Assembly: GCA_965116495.1 (NCBI GenBank)
Contig: OZ220696.1
Coordinates: forward strand, 3,680,001 to 3,744,000
Direction: 5' to 3'
Origin: Gammaproteobacteria bacterium
GTDB taxonomy: Bacteria > Pseudomonadota > Gammaproteobacteria > Eutrophobiales > Eutrophobiaceae
Length of the DNA: 64,000 nucleotides
Each line of letters starts with the position of its first letter. The stretch's first letter is position 1. A program made the position numbers and the translations under genes. A model generated the notes under the pieces. The model searched no databases and was not told where the DNA came from. It saw only the letters and a program-made list of their open reading frames with translations. Below, piece after piece: positions 20,296 through 29,621 of this stretch.

Positions 20296-22425
20296 CTACA
20301 GCCCCGGTGAGCCGCGGGTTAAATAGCGCCGGATTAATTCGACTTCTCCTGCATCCAGGAGATCGGCAAAACCCGGCATCCCTTTCGCCTCAAAAACGCC
20401 ATCAAGTACTATGTGCTTGAATATTCTATTGATTTCGGGGGCCATACTGGTCAGGTCGGGCAATATTGACTTGCTGCCGAACATCCCATGACAACTGCCG
20501 CAGTTCCTGATGTAAAGTTGCTCGCCCATGCTTATACTTTCATCGCCTGTCTGTTGCACGACCGGCGCCGGGGCAGTGGGCGACGCAGTTATCCCGGGAG
20601 GTAACGGCACACTGTCTCCGTTCAGTTTAAAAACCAGCAGGCGCCCGGCATTTTTGTATTTCATTGCCGCGGCAGCACCGTCCAGCATGAACAGCGTGGC
20701 GCCGCCAAATCCCGCCATAACGGCAATATACTGCTCCCCGTCTATTGCGTAGCTGACGGGCGGAGCCATGATGCCCGTTCCCACAAAAAGATGGAGCAAC
20801 CTGGCGCCGCTCAAGGCATCGTATGCGTTGAAATATCCATCCTCCGTTCCCTGGAACACCAGCCTGCCGGCGGTCGACAGCGTGCCGCCGTTTATGAAGG
20901 TTGCATTTTTTACCTGCCACGCCAGTTTTTGCCGGACGGGGTCCCAGGCTTTGAGGTATCCGCCTTCCTCTACTGCCGGCTGGTTCTGCCTGAGTTTTTC
21001 AATGTGCGGCGCGTTGAAATCAAACAGGTAAAAATTATCGGGTGAATGTACCCAGCCTTTTTCCTGTGCCGGTATATAAACCAGTCCCGTGCCGGGATTG
21101 AACGACATCGGGTGCCAGTTATGCCCGCCCAGTTCCGACGGGTAGACCAGTTTATCTTCACGGCTGTAATCGCCTTGCCCGGTCTCTACCGGCCGGCCGT
21201 TTTCTATATGGCTGGCCCAGTTCACGGTGACATATTTCTCTGCCGACAGGAGTTCGCCGTCGGTACGGTCGAGCACGTAAAAAAAGCCATTTTTGGGGGC
21301 CTGCAGGATGACTTTTCTTTCCTCCCCGCCAATGAGCAGGTCCGCCAGGATCATATGCTGGGTGGCCGTATAGTCCCAGCTATCCCCGGGCGTGGTCTGG
21401 TAGTACCATTTCATCTGCCCGCTGTCCGCATCAAGGGCCAGGATGGACGACAGGAACAGGTTGTCCCCGCCGCCCGGGCTGCGCCGGTGCCGGGCATGGG
21501 GGGCGCCGTTTCCGGTGCCGATATACAGCAGGTTCAGATCCGGGTCGAACGCAATGGAATCCCAGACCGTGCCGCCGCCACCCGTCTCAAGCCATTCACC
21601 GGTTCTGCTCCAGGTTTTTGCCGCGAGTTCCAGTTCGGGCTGTTCATGGGGTCCATCGGGTGAGCCCGGTACGGTGTAAATGCGCCAGACCAGTTCTCCG
21701 GACATGGCGTCGTAGGCCGACACGTAACCGCGCACGCCGAATTCGGCCCCGCCGTTGCCGATGATGACCTTGCCGTTGACGACCCGTGGCGCGCCTGTGA
21801 TGGTGGCAGGTTTGGTCCTGTCAATGGTGCTGGTTTCCCACAGCAACTGTCCTGTTTGCGCGTCCAGCGCTACCAGTCTGCCGTCAAATGCGCCCAGGAA
21901 TACCCGGTCGGCCCAGACCGCGACGCCCCGGTTCACCACATCACAACAACCTTTTCGGGACCAGCTGCGCGGTACTTCGGGATCATGCTTCCACAACAGT
22001 TTCCCGGTCTGCGCATCGATGGCATAGACAACGCTCCAGGTTCCGGTGGTAAACAGGATGCCGTCACGAACGATTGGGGTGGCCTCCAGCCCGCGCACCG
22101 AGTTCATGTCAAAGAGCCAGGCAAGGCCCAGTGTGGCTACGTTGTCGTGATTAATCTGCGTGAGGGGTGAGAAGCGTTGTTCGGCCCAGGTCCTGCCGTG
22201 CAACAGCCAGTCATCGGCCTGTGCCGGTGCGCAGAACAAAACTGCCAGCACCAGCAACGACCTGGTGGACGCGCGGTAAATAAACCCGGCGCAACCGGCG
22301 TTTACTTTGCCGCTATCGTGCCCGGACCGTGCGGCCGGATATCCGGGTAGTAATTTTTCTTTGTCAGAGAAATGCATCGGTCGTATCAATACCGGTGAGT
22401 GGCCGCAGCCTTCCGTCCCCGGCAA
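20296..22425 (-). CDS. PQQ-dependent quinohemoprotein alcohol dehydrogenase (type II-like); start uncertain
   Basis: CCDVVNRG, GNGGAEFGVRG, WDYTATQ and C-terminal CGSCH heme c. Confidence 0.92.
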   Translation of the reverse strand: MPGTEGCGHSPVLIRPMHFSDKEKLLPGYPAARSGHDSGKVNAGCAGFIYRASTRSLLVLAVLFCAPAQADDWLLHGRTWAEQRFSPLTQINHDNVATLGLAWLFDMNSVRGLEATPIVRDGILFTTGTWSVVYAIDAQTGKLLWKHDPEVPRSWSRKGCCDVVNRGVAVWADRVFLGAFDGRLVALDAQTGQLLWETSTIDRTKPATITGAPRVVNGKVIIGNGGAEFGVRGYVSAYDAMSGELVWRIYTVPGSPDGPHEQPELELAAKTWSRTGEWLETGGGGTVWDSIAFDPDLNLLYIGTGNGAPHARHRRSPGGGDNLFLSSILALDADSGQMKWYYQTTPGDSWDYTATQHMILADLLIGGEERKVILQAPKNGFFYVLDRTDGELLSAEKYVTVNWASHIENGRPVETGQGDYSREDKLVYPSELGGHNWHPMSFNPGTGLVYIPAQEKGWVHSPDNFYLFDFNAPHIEKLRQNQPAVEEGGYLKAWDPVRQKLAWQVKNATFINGGTLSTAGRLVFQGTEDGYFNAYDALSGARLLHLFVGTGIMAPPVSYAIDGEQYIAVMAGFGGATLFMLDGAAAAMKYKNAGRLLVFKLNGDSVPLPPGITASPTAPAPVVQQTGDESISMGEQLYIRNCGSCHGMFGSKSILPDLTSMAPEINRIFKHIVLDGVFEAKGMPGFADLLDAGEVELIRRYLTRGSPGL

Positions 22426-22578
22426 TGTTCAGTCCGATTGCGGGAAACTGCCCGGATAAATTGATGGATTATAGCCTGGAATGCGCCGGTTTTCCCGGCG
22501 CGTTGGATGGATACCCAAACGTCACGTCATGCTTTATACTGCAGGTGCCGGCCGCCCGATACCGGCCGAGCCTATACC

Positions 22579-22797
22579 ATGGGGAACAGATACAAAACCT
22601 TTGCCGAGCAGTTCTACCTGGAGGAAGCCGGTTTTTTCCGGCGGCTGAAACGCGATGTCCGCCTTGTCGTACACATCTTTATCACCGTCGTTATGTGGCT
22701 GAAAGCCGGGAAGTTCAGGTCTGAATTCCGCCGTTACCGGGCGGCGGGCAAGCGCTATTACGTCGATAAATTCACTCCCCCCGGGGCCGGGAAATGA
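22579..22797 (+). CDS. Small basic protein with one hydrophobic segment, coupled to the downstream gene
   Basis: 72-aa ORF whose TGA overlaps the next ATG (ATGA at 22794-22797). Confidence 0.55.
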   Translation: MGNRYKTFAEQFYLEEAGFFRRLKRDVRLVVHIFITVVMWLKAGKFRSEFRRYRAAGKRYYVDKFTPPGAGK

Positions 22798-23795
22798 AAC
22801 TGTACGACACACCTTCGGCGGAGAACCTGCCCGCATACCGGGCGCAACCGGTTTCAGGCAACGAGATCAATGGCCAGGGCATAAAGGAAAAGGTGCGCGC
22901 CAGGCGGGTATTCCACGCCCCGTGGAACAGGGAGATGGCCTGGACCGGCATGAATGACTTTTTCCTGATGAACAACACCTGGGCCATTTTGGTACAGGCC
23001 CTGAAGAACCGGTGGTTGATGAGACGTTGCGCCGGTCCCGTCGCGCAACGCCGGGTTGAAGCCGGTAACCCGGAGGAGATGGCGCGGCGATTAAAGCAGA
23101 AAGCGAAGGAACTGGGCGCGGGAATTGTCGGCATCACCGAAATCGAGCCTGGTGACCTGTATGACGACATGGAACCGAAGCACCGGTATGCCATCTGCAT
23201 CGGTATGCCCATGCGCCGGGAGGAGATGCAGCATGTTCCCCATGAGCGCTCCGGGCTGGAGGTCCAGCGCGTCTACGGGGAGGTGGCCAGGGTGTCGATT
23301 GAACTGGCAGAATACATTCGCGCCATGGGCTGGCCCGCCTACGCTCATGGTGACCCGCGCAGTACCGAAGTTTTACAGATTCCCATGGCGGTGCGCGCCG
23401 GCCTTGGCGAGTTGGGTAAACACGGGTCGCTGATCTCAAAGGAATACGGTTCCAACTTCCGCCTGTCTGCCGTTGCCACGGACATCCCGCTGAGCCTGGA
23501 CCGCCCCGTCGATATCGGGGTGGACGACCTGTGCCTGGGGTGCAGGCGCTGTACCATCGACTGTCCGCCCGATGCCATTCTTGATGAGAAGCAGTGGGTG
23601 CGCGGCGAATACCGCTGGTACGTGGATTTCGATAAATGCGTGCCTTATTTCACCACAACTTTCGGCTGCGCGATCTGTATCGAAGTCTGCCCCTGGTCGG
23701 AACCGGGCCGGGGACCGAAACTGTCGCAGATGCTGCTGGCAAAGCGTAGTAAGAAAGCGCAAAGCCCGGGGGCGGAAAACCTGGGGTCAGAGTAA
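22794..23795 (+). CDS. Reductive dehalogenase-like (RdhA/QueG superfamily) cobalamin and 2x[4Fe-4S] protein
   Basis: AKELGAGIVGI, RAGLGELGKHG, CLGCRRCTIDCP and C-x9-CAICIEVCPW. Confidence 0.78.
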   Translation: MKLYDTPSAENLPAYRAQPVSGNEINGQGIKEKVRARRVFHAPWNREMAWTGMNDFFLMNNTWAILVQALKNRWLMRRCAGPVAQRRVEAGNPEEMARRLKQKAKELGAGIVGITEIEPGDLYDDMEPKHRYAICIGMPMRREEMQHVPHERSGLEVQRVYGEVARVSIELAEYIRAMGWPAYAHGDPRSTEVLQIPMAVRAGLGELGKHGSLISKEYGSNFRLSAVATDIPLSLDRPVDIGVDDLCLGCRRCTIDCPPDAILDEKQWVRGEYRWYVDFDKCVPYFTTTFGCAICIEVCPWSEPGRGPKLSQMLLAKRSKKAQSPGAENLGSE

Positions 23796-23915
23796 AAAAG
23801 CCTTGGCTTTTTCGTCATGCCGGCCTGACACGGTATCCACTGGGTTCCGGTGTTCGCTGGAACGACGGGGTTGCCGGGAGGATTAATGGGGTCTGACCCC
23901 ATTTATTCCCGCCAC

Positions 23916-25688
23916 TTATTCCCGTAGCGCGGCGGTCTGGTCCGGGTCCAGGGCGCCGTTTTTATCGATCGCTACCCGGTATGTTTCCCGCGCCCGTTGC
24001 GCTGATACCCAGCCGCGCTGCACGTCGCGTGCGACCCGGTTGGGCGCGCGGGTGCCAGGCGCGCCGTAACCGGCGCCGCCGCTGCATATCGAGACGACGC
24101 GTTCTCCCGGCTTGACCGTGACCTGTTCGTAAGTTCCCAGCGGTTCGGACAATTCTCCTTCAGCGCCGCGTACATACTGGCGCGCAGCTGCGCCGTTATC
24201 TCCACCCTGGACGCCGACAGGTGGATGGGTAGTGCCTTCGCTGAGCCACACGGCCGTCAGTTCACTGTCGAGGGGACCGAACTCGACCTGGGTAGCGGGC
24301 GCGCCGCAGTAGCGTCCGGCGCCTTCGCTGTCCCGGACGATGTGTTCCGAATGGATCAATACCGGGTACTTCATCTCCAGTATTTCAACACTGTCCCGGC
24401 GCAGGAAGCCGGCGGCGCCGAGGCCGAGGATCGTCAGCCAGCCGTCGGCAACGGGACCGGCCGCGCCCCCCGTGAAGCCGAGCCATAACTGGTTCACGAA
24501 CGGTCCCCGTCCGGGGCGGTTATCAATGCCGGATATCACCGCGGTGGCGGCCGGCGATGCCTTCCCGGTCGCGGCCATGCCGTGGCCGTCACCGAGGGCC
24601 GCGACCGCGCGTACCACACAGTTGGCAAGCAGTTCGGACAGGTTGGTCGTGGCGACCGAGCAACTATGCGGGTGAGTCGGGATGCCGACCACGCAGTTCT
24701 CGCGCAGGTGCACGCGCAGGCGGCGGAAACTGCCCGAGTTCGACGGTACGACAGATCCCAGTCCGGTGAACACCCCCATCATTGCTGCCGTGCGCGCGGT
24801 GGCTTCGGTCAGGTTCAGGCCGCAGGGCTGGCAATCGGGGTTATCCGTCAGGTCCACCTCGATGAGCGCCGCATCACTGTTGACGTTGAGATGGGCCCTC
24901 ACCTCGAGCCCGTCGGGCAACGCCCCGGGAATCGGATCGTGCCAGCCCGAAGTCGTCGCTGCACCGGACGGCAGGCGCCGGATCGCGTCGACCATCAGGC
25001 GCTCGCTGTAATCGAACCATTCCGCAGGGTACGCCTCGAGCTGTTCCCCGTCCATTTCCCGCAACAGTTCAAGCAGCTTGCGTTCGCCGATACGGACGGC
25101 GCCCAGCAGCGCCAGGAAATCGCCGTGCCACAACTCCGGGACCCGTATCCGCACCTGCGCAATACGCAGTACATCCTCCCGGTCACGGTAGTCTTCCTGC
25201 ACTTTCACGCAGGGAAATATCAGCGCGCCTTCTTCATAAACGTCTCGCGCCGCCGCCGAGTAAGTCGTGGGCACCGCGTTCCCGCAGTCGGCTAAGTGCG
25301 CCTTGGCGACGACGGTGAACCGATGGCGGCCGGAATCGTCCAGCACCGGGACCAGCAGGGTCCAGTCGGCGGCATGTGAATTTCCATGGTAAGGAGAATT
25401 GTGCAGGAAGGCGTCGCCGCGCTTGAGTTCCGGGTTGAAACGCACCATCCACTGCGCCATCAGGTCCGGGCCGCTCATGACATGGATCGGCAGGCTCTCG
25501 GTCATGGCCAGCATTTCATGTCCGGCAGTCAGGATACAGCAGGAAAAATCCCGCGCGGTGTTAAGGACCGCGGAGCGCGCTGTGCGCAACAGCGTGTTGG
25601 TCATGGCCCGCACGATGCCGTCGAAGCGGTTGTTCAGCAGTGCGAGCTGGTGTCCGTCGAGGGTGTGTCCAGTTTTTTCGGTTTGCAT
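23916..25688 (-). CDS. Hydantoinase B/oxoprolinase family subunit
   Basis: RTARSAVLNTARDFS, NSPYHGNSHAAD, DSEGAGRYCG and GGAGYG. Confidence 0.92.
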   Translation of the reverse strand: MQTEKTGHTLDGHQLALLNNRFDGIVRAMTNTLLRTARSAVLNTARDFSCCILTAGHEMLAMTESLPIHVMSGPDLMAQWMVRFNPELKRGDAFLHNSPYHGNSHAADWTLLVPVLDDSGRHRFTVVAKAHLADCGNAVPTTYSAAARDVYEEGALIFPCVKVQEDYRDREDVLRIAQVRIRVPELWHGDFLALLGAVRIGERKLLELLREMDGEQLEAYPAEWFDYSERLMVDAIRRLPSGAATTSGWHDPIPGALPDGLEVRAHLNVNSDAALIEVDLTDNPDCQPCGLNLTEATARTAAMMGVFTGLGSVVPSNSGSFRRLRVHLRENCVVGIPTHPHSCSVATTNLSELLANCVVRAVAALGDGHGMAATGKASPAATAVISGIDNRPGRGPFVNQLWLGFTGGAAGPVADGWLTILGLGAAGFLRRDSVEILEMKYPVLIHSEHIVRDSEGAGRYCGAPATQVEFGPLDSELTAVWLSEGTTHPPVGVQGGDNGAAARQYVRGAEGELSEPLGTYEQVTVKPGERVVSICSGGAGYGAPGTRAPNRVARDVQRGWVSAQRARETYRVAIDKNGALDPDQTAALRE

Positions 25689-25751
25689 TCTGATAGCCGG
25701 TTTTTTAAATGGTCAAAAAATCAATCGAGTCTGACCCCATGGATACTATCT

Positions 25752-25806
25752 AATTCATGGGTGTCCCAAATTAGCGCAAATTACGAATTCATGGGTGTCC
25801 CAAATT
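25752..25806. repeat. 21-bp repeat doublet (R,R) with a 34-bp period
   Basis: Copies at 25752 and 25786. Confidence 0.92.
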
Positions 25807-25828
25807 TGGCCATCCTGATTCCTGATTC

Positions 25829-27922
25829 TTAACTTCCGTTCTCTGACGGGTAGATCAGCAGGGAGCCGTTGGTGTTGAGGGCGACTTCCGTTCTGGAGTC
25901 GATCACTGCCGTGGTGACCGGTGACTCGACCAGCAGCGGGCCGGGGTAGCGGCGCCCGGTTTCCAGGTCCTGTACCTGGTAGACCGGTGTGTCGATGACG
26001 CCCGTATCCGGGAAATAGGCCCTGCGTGTGCCGCCTGCGCCGCTGCGTCCCGGCGCCGAGGGCGGTTTCAGGGCATCCGCATCCTGCAGGGCGCAGCTGA
26101 CGTGCGCGACCCAGGTCAATACTTCCACGTCCGAACCGGTGTCGCGTACCGCGAACAGCGCGTCGTGGGTGTCGTGGAAGTTTTCGACCAGGGCCGCGAC
26201 ATCCTCATCGGAAGTAAATTCCGGGCGCGCCAGCGGGACTTCAATCTCCCATACCTGTTCCTGGTAACGGGCCTCTACGGAGAAGGTAATCTCGGAACGA
26301 ATCGACCCGGCGCCCGGACCGTCGCAGAACTCCCTGCACTGGCCCATGAGCCCGTCCAGCACGGCATTTGCCCGGTCGCGGTCAAATACCCTGGTGGACA
26401 TGAGTTCGGTCGCGGTGAAGGTGGCGCGCAGGTCCGACAGCATTGCGCCGGTTGCGCTCAACGCCGCGGAAGCGCTGGGAATAAGCACCGGCCAGCAGCC
26501 GAGCCGGCGGGCGATCCCGGTACAATACAGCCCGCCCCCGCCGCCGCCGCCGATGAGCAGGCCCTGGCGCGGGTCTATGCCTTTATTCAGGGTAATTTCC
26601 TCGATGGCGGTGACCATGCGTTCCGTCGCCAGGGTCAGGATTGCCGAGGATGCCTCGTTCAGGTCAAGCCCCAGCGGTTCTGCAACGTCGCGCCGGATGA
26701 CGCCGGCGGCCGGTTCGGCGGCGACCTCGATTTCGCCGCCCAGGAAGTAGTCCGGGTCCAGGTAACCCAGCACGAGACACGCGTCGGTCACCGTCGGCCG
26801 GTCGCCGCCGCGCTGGTAACAGGCAGGACCGGGATCGGCCCCTGCGCTCATGGGCCCGACGTGCAGCATGCCGCCCGAGTCGACCCAGGCGATGCTGCCC
26901 CCGCCGGCGCCGACGCTGCGCACGTCCACGGACGGGAAGCCGGTCATGTAACCGGCCGTCTGGTCGCCCACCATGGTCTCGCGGGTGGTCGGGATCTCGC
27001 CGTCGCGCAGCAGGCTGACGTCGAAGGTGGTGCCGCCGGCGTCGGTGACGATGGCGGTCATGCCGCCGCCGTCCAGCGCGGCAAAGTGCCGGCCTGCGAC
27101 CGGCGCGCCGGCCGGTCCCGACCCGATCGAATGGATCGGGGTCTCTGCCACGTGCCCCGCATCGAGCACGCCGCCGGATGATGTCATGATCAGCAGTCGA
27201 CCCTTGAAGCCGTTAGTCCTCAGTTCTTCTTCGAGGTGGTGGAAGAAGCGGCTCATCAGCGGCTTCAATGAGGCGTCTATGGCGGTCGACGAGGTGCGCC
27301 GGTACTCGCGTACCGACGGGTTGAGCCGGCTGGAAAGCGTATACGGCACACCGGGGAGTTCCCGTTCCAGCAACTCGCCGATGCGTTCCTCATGGCGGTT
27401 GTTGATCATCGACCACAACAGGCACACGGCGACCGCCTCGACCTCCGCCTCGCGCAGGCGGGCGATCACTTCCAGCGCCTGCTGCTCATCCAGCGCGGTG
27501 AGCGCTGCGCCGGCGGCGGAGAGACGCTCACGGATCTCGAACGTCAGCGCCCGCGGGATATAAGGCTCCGGATATTCCTGGCTGTAGTCGAACAGGGTGC
27601 GGCGTCCGCCACCCTCGCGCAGCAGCAGGATGTCCGGGTGGCCCTCGGTGACCAGCAGTGCGGTGCGCGCGGTGCTGCTGGTGACGATCGCATTGGTTGC
27701 CAGGGTGGTGCCGAACACGAACAGGTCGCTGCGTTCCAGCAGGTTCGTGACACTGCTGTTCATGTCGGCCGCGGCCGCGCCGAGCGTGTCGAACAGGCCG
27801 GTGACCGGGTCGGCCGGTGTGGTGGGGCGCTTGTACAGCCGCGCCGCGCCGCCGGCGCTGTTGACGACCAGGTCGGTAAAGGTGCCGCCGGTATCGGCTG
27901 CAAAAGTCAGGCGGGTTGCCAT
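25829..27922 (-). CDS. Hydantoinase A/oxoprolinase family subunit (ATP-dependent)
   Basis: DTGGTFTD, SGPAGAP, DAGGTTFDV, GAGGGSIA and SAGADPGPACY. Confidence 0.94.
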   Translation of the reverse strand: MATRLTFAADTGGTFTDLVVNSAGGAARLYKRPTTPADPVTGLFDTLGAAAADMNSSVTNLLERSDLFVFGTTLATNAIVTSSTARTALLVTEGHPDILLLREGGGRRTLFDYSQEYPEPYIPRALTFEIRERLSAAGAALTALDEQQALEVIARLREAEVEAVAVCLLWSMINNRHEERIGELLERELPGVPYTLSSRLNPSVREYRRTSSTAIDASLKPLMSRFFHHLEEELRTNGFKGRLLIMTSSGGVLDAGHVAETPIHSIGSGPAGAPVAGRHFAALDGGGMTAIVTDAGGTTFDVSLLRDGEIPTTRETMVGDQTAGYMTGFPSVDVRSVGAGGGSIAWVDSGGMLHVGPMSAGADPGPACYQRGGDRPTVTDACLVLGYLDPDYFLGGEIEVAAEPAAGVIRRDVAEPLGLDLNEASSAILTLATERMVTAIEEITLNKGIDPRQGLLIGGGGGGGLYCTGIARRLGCWPVLIPSASAALSATGAMLSDLRATFTATELMSTRVFDRDRANAVLDGLMGQCREFCDGPGAGSIRSEITFSVEARYQEQVWEIEVPLARPEFTSDEDVAALVENFHDTHDALFAVRDTGSDVEVLTWVAHVSCALQDADALKPPSAPGRSGAGGTRRAYFPDTGVIDTPVYQVQDLETGRRYPGPLLVESPVTTAVIDSRTEVALNTNGSLLIYPSENGS

Positions 27923-27945
27923 TACAATTCAGCCCCCCGGAAGCA

Positions 27946-27970
27946 GGGGGCGGAATTTGATTCCGTCCCC
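27946..27970. repeat. GGGGACGGA-type palindrome
   Basis: GGGGGCGGAATTTGATTCCGTCCCC. Confidence 0.6.
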
Positions 27971-28012
27971 TTCCTGGTTGGCGCGCTATGCAGGTCGGGG
28001 TTGCTCACGGCA

Positions 28013-28735
28013 TCATAACTCCGTCTCGTGGTGCAGGTGGAACTCGGGTATGACGGTGGCCGGGTCCTGGCGCAGGCAGAACGCGACCGCGCGGGCCACT
28101 GCGTCCGGGTCCAGCCAGCCTCGCTCCGGGTCCCATTGTTCGGACTCGTGCGCCATGGGGGTTTCGGTGCGTCCCGGGGTGATTGCGGTCACCCTGATTG
28201 AAGTGTCCTTGAGGTCCTGCGCCGCCGTGTGGGCCAGGCCGAGTATCCCCCACTTGCTGGCGCAGTAGGCGCTGCTGTGGCGCGCGCCGCGCCGTCCGGC
28301 TATCGACGAGATGAAGATGAGCCGTCCCTCATCGTGTTTCAGCATGCTCTGGCGCAGCACTTCCCGGGTACACAGGAATTCGCCGCGCAGGTTGACGGCC
28401 ATGGTCTTGTCCCAGGTTTCCGTGCCCGTCTCCCATAGCGGCGCCACCAGCCGGATACCCGCATTGTTTACCAGGGCGTGAATCTGTCCGAAGGTTGCGA
28501 CCGCGTTTCCCACCGCGGCGGTGACGTCCGCCTCGGCGGAAACGTCTGCAGGGAGGGGCAGGGTGGCAACGCCGTGGCGGCGCTGCAGGCCGGCAAGCGC
28601 GTCGTTCAGTTCGTCTTTGCGCGTATCCATACCGGCGATCTTCATGCCGGCGCCTGCCAGTTCCGAGGCGATGTGCAGGCCGAGGCCGCGGGCAGCCCCG
28701 CTAACCAGTGCGACGCGGCCCGCGAGATCGACCAT
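28013..28735 (-). CDS. SDR family oxidoreductase
   Basis: GAARGLG, NNAG and YCASK motifs. Confidence 0.93.
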   Translation of the reverse strand: MVDLAGRVALVSGAARGLGLHIASELAGAGMKIAGMDTRKDELNDALAGLQRRHGVATLPLPADVSAEADVTAAVGNAVATFGQIHALVNNAGIRLVAPLWETGTETWDKTMAVNLRGEFLCTREVLRQSMLKHDEGRLIFISSIAGRRGARHSSAYCASKWGILGLAHTAAQDLKDTSIRVTAITPGRTETPMAHESEQWDPERGWLDPDAVARAVAFCLRQDPATVIPEFHLHHETEL

Positions 28736-29070
28736 TACGACAGCCCCAGGTCGGACAGTGGCCGTCCCATGCGCACGTCGATCTTGATGTACCTGGAGAG
28801 TGGCTTCTCGCCGCGGCGGAACTGGTCGACCACGTCGATCATGATCTCATGGCTGGGCGCATCGCACATGACGTAAAATGTCCATGGATAGCCCAGCGTC
28901 GGCCCGATCTGGAGCTGATCATCATCCATTGATGCGAGCACTTCGATCCCGTAGCGTTCCTTCCAGCCGCCGAACACTTCCTGGCATTTGCTGAAGACAT
29001 AACTTTTGTCCTCTGCGGAAGCGTCAAAGAAAGCCGGCAAGACACCGGCGCAAACCAGAACTCGTACCAT
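28735..29070 (-). CDS. IacB-like small protein
   Basis: RVLVCAGVLPAFFDA, MDDDQLQIGPTLGYPWT and KIDVRMGR resemble IacB of indole-3-acetate catabolic clusters. Confidence 0.65.
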   Translation of the reverse strand: MVRVLVCAGVLPAFFDASAEDKSYVFSKCQEVFGGWKERYGIEVLASMDDDQLQIGPTLGYPWTFYVMCDAPSHEIMIDVVDQFRRGEKPLSRYIKIDVRMGRPLSDLGLS

Positions 29071-29191
29071 GCGTCACTCCTTAAGTTATAAAATAATTGG
29101 GACAGACCCCGCTTGATTACAGACCCTGTTTTATTTCCAGGTTGTTAATACCTGCAGGTGATGACCAGTAATGGGGGACAGACCCCATATG

Positions 29192-29470
29192 TCACCTGTA
29201 GGTGATGATCAGCGCGATCACGGTCACACTGATAATCGCGCTCAGCGTCATGCAGATCAACAGGACGGTGCTGCGCTTGAAGTAGCCCTCCACCGCAAAC
29301 GCGGCCTGCACCGCGGCATAAATCACGAACATCTGGATCGCCAGACCCTCGGTCACCTGGGTCTGAATCAGCCTGACCAGTTGCGGCAGCATCGCGCCGA
29401 CATTGATTATCCCCATGGTCCAGATGATAACCGGCCAGTGTATTGTTTTTGCAAATTCATCGCGGGTCAT
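29192..29470 (-). CDS. SemiSWEET/PQ-loop transporter
   Basis: 92 aa, three transmembrane segments, LPQL PQ motif. Confidence 0.75.
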   Translation of the reverse strand: MTRDEFAKTIHWPVIIWTMGIINVGAMLPQLVRLIQTQVTEGLAIQMFVIYAAVQAAFAVEGYFKRSTVLLICMTLSAIISVTVIALIITYR

Positions 29471-29543
29471 GGTTACGCTCTCCTCTTTATGTCTGGTTCG
29501 TCACGGCCCAAATCAACCGGGGCTGTCCCCATGGATACTACCC

Positions 29544-29598
29544 AATTCATGGGTGTCCCAAATTAACGAAAAATCGTAATTCATGGGTGTCCCAAATT
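29544..29598. repeat. 21-bp repeat doublet (R,R) with a 34-bp period
   Basis: Copies at 29544 and 29578. Confidence 0.92.
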
Positions 29599-29621
29599 TG
29601 ATGAGTCTGACCTTGTTTAAT

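Noticed and set aside
20296-22425. Lanthanide-dependent dehydrogenase
   Set aside because: The active-site motif is WDYT, not the D-x-D needed for lanthanide binding, so it is probably Ca-dependent.
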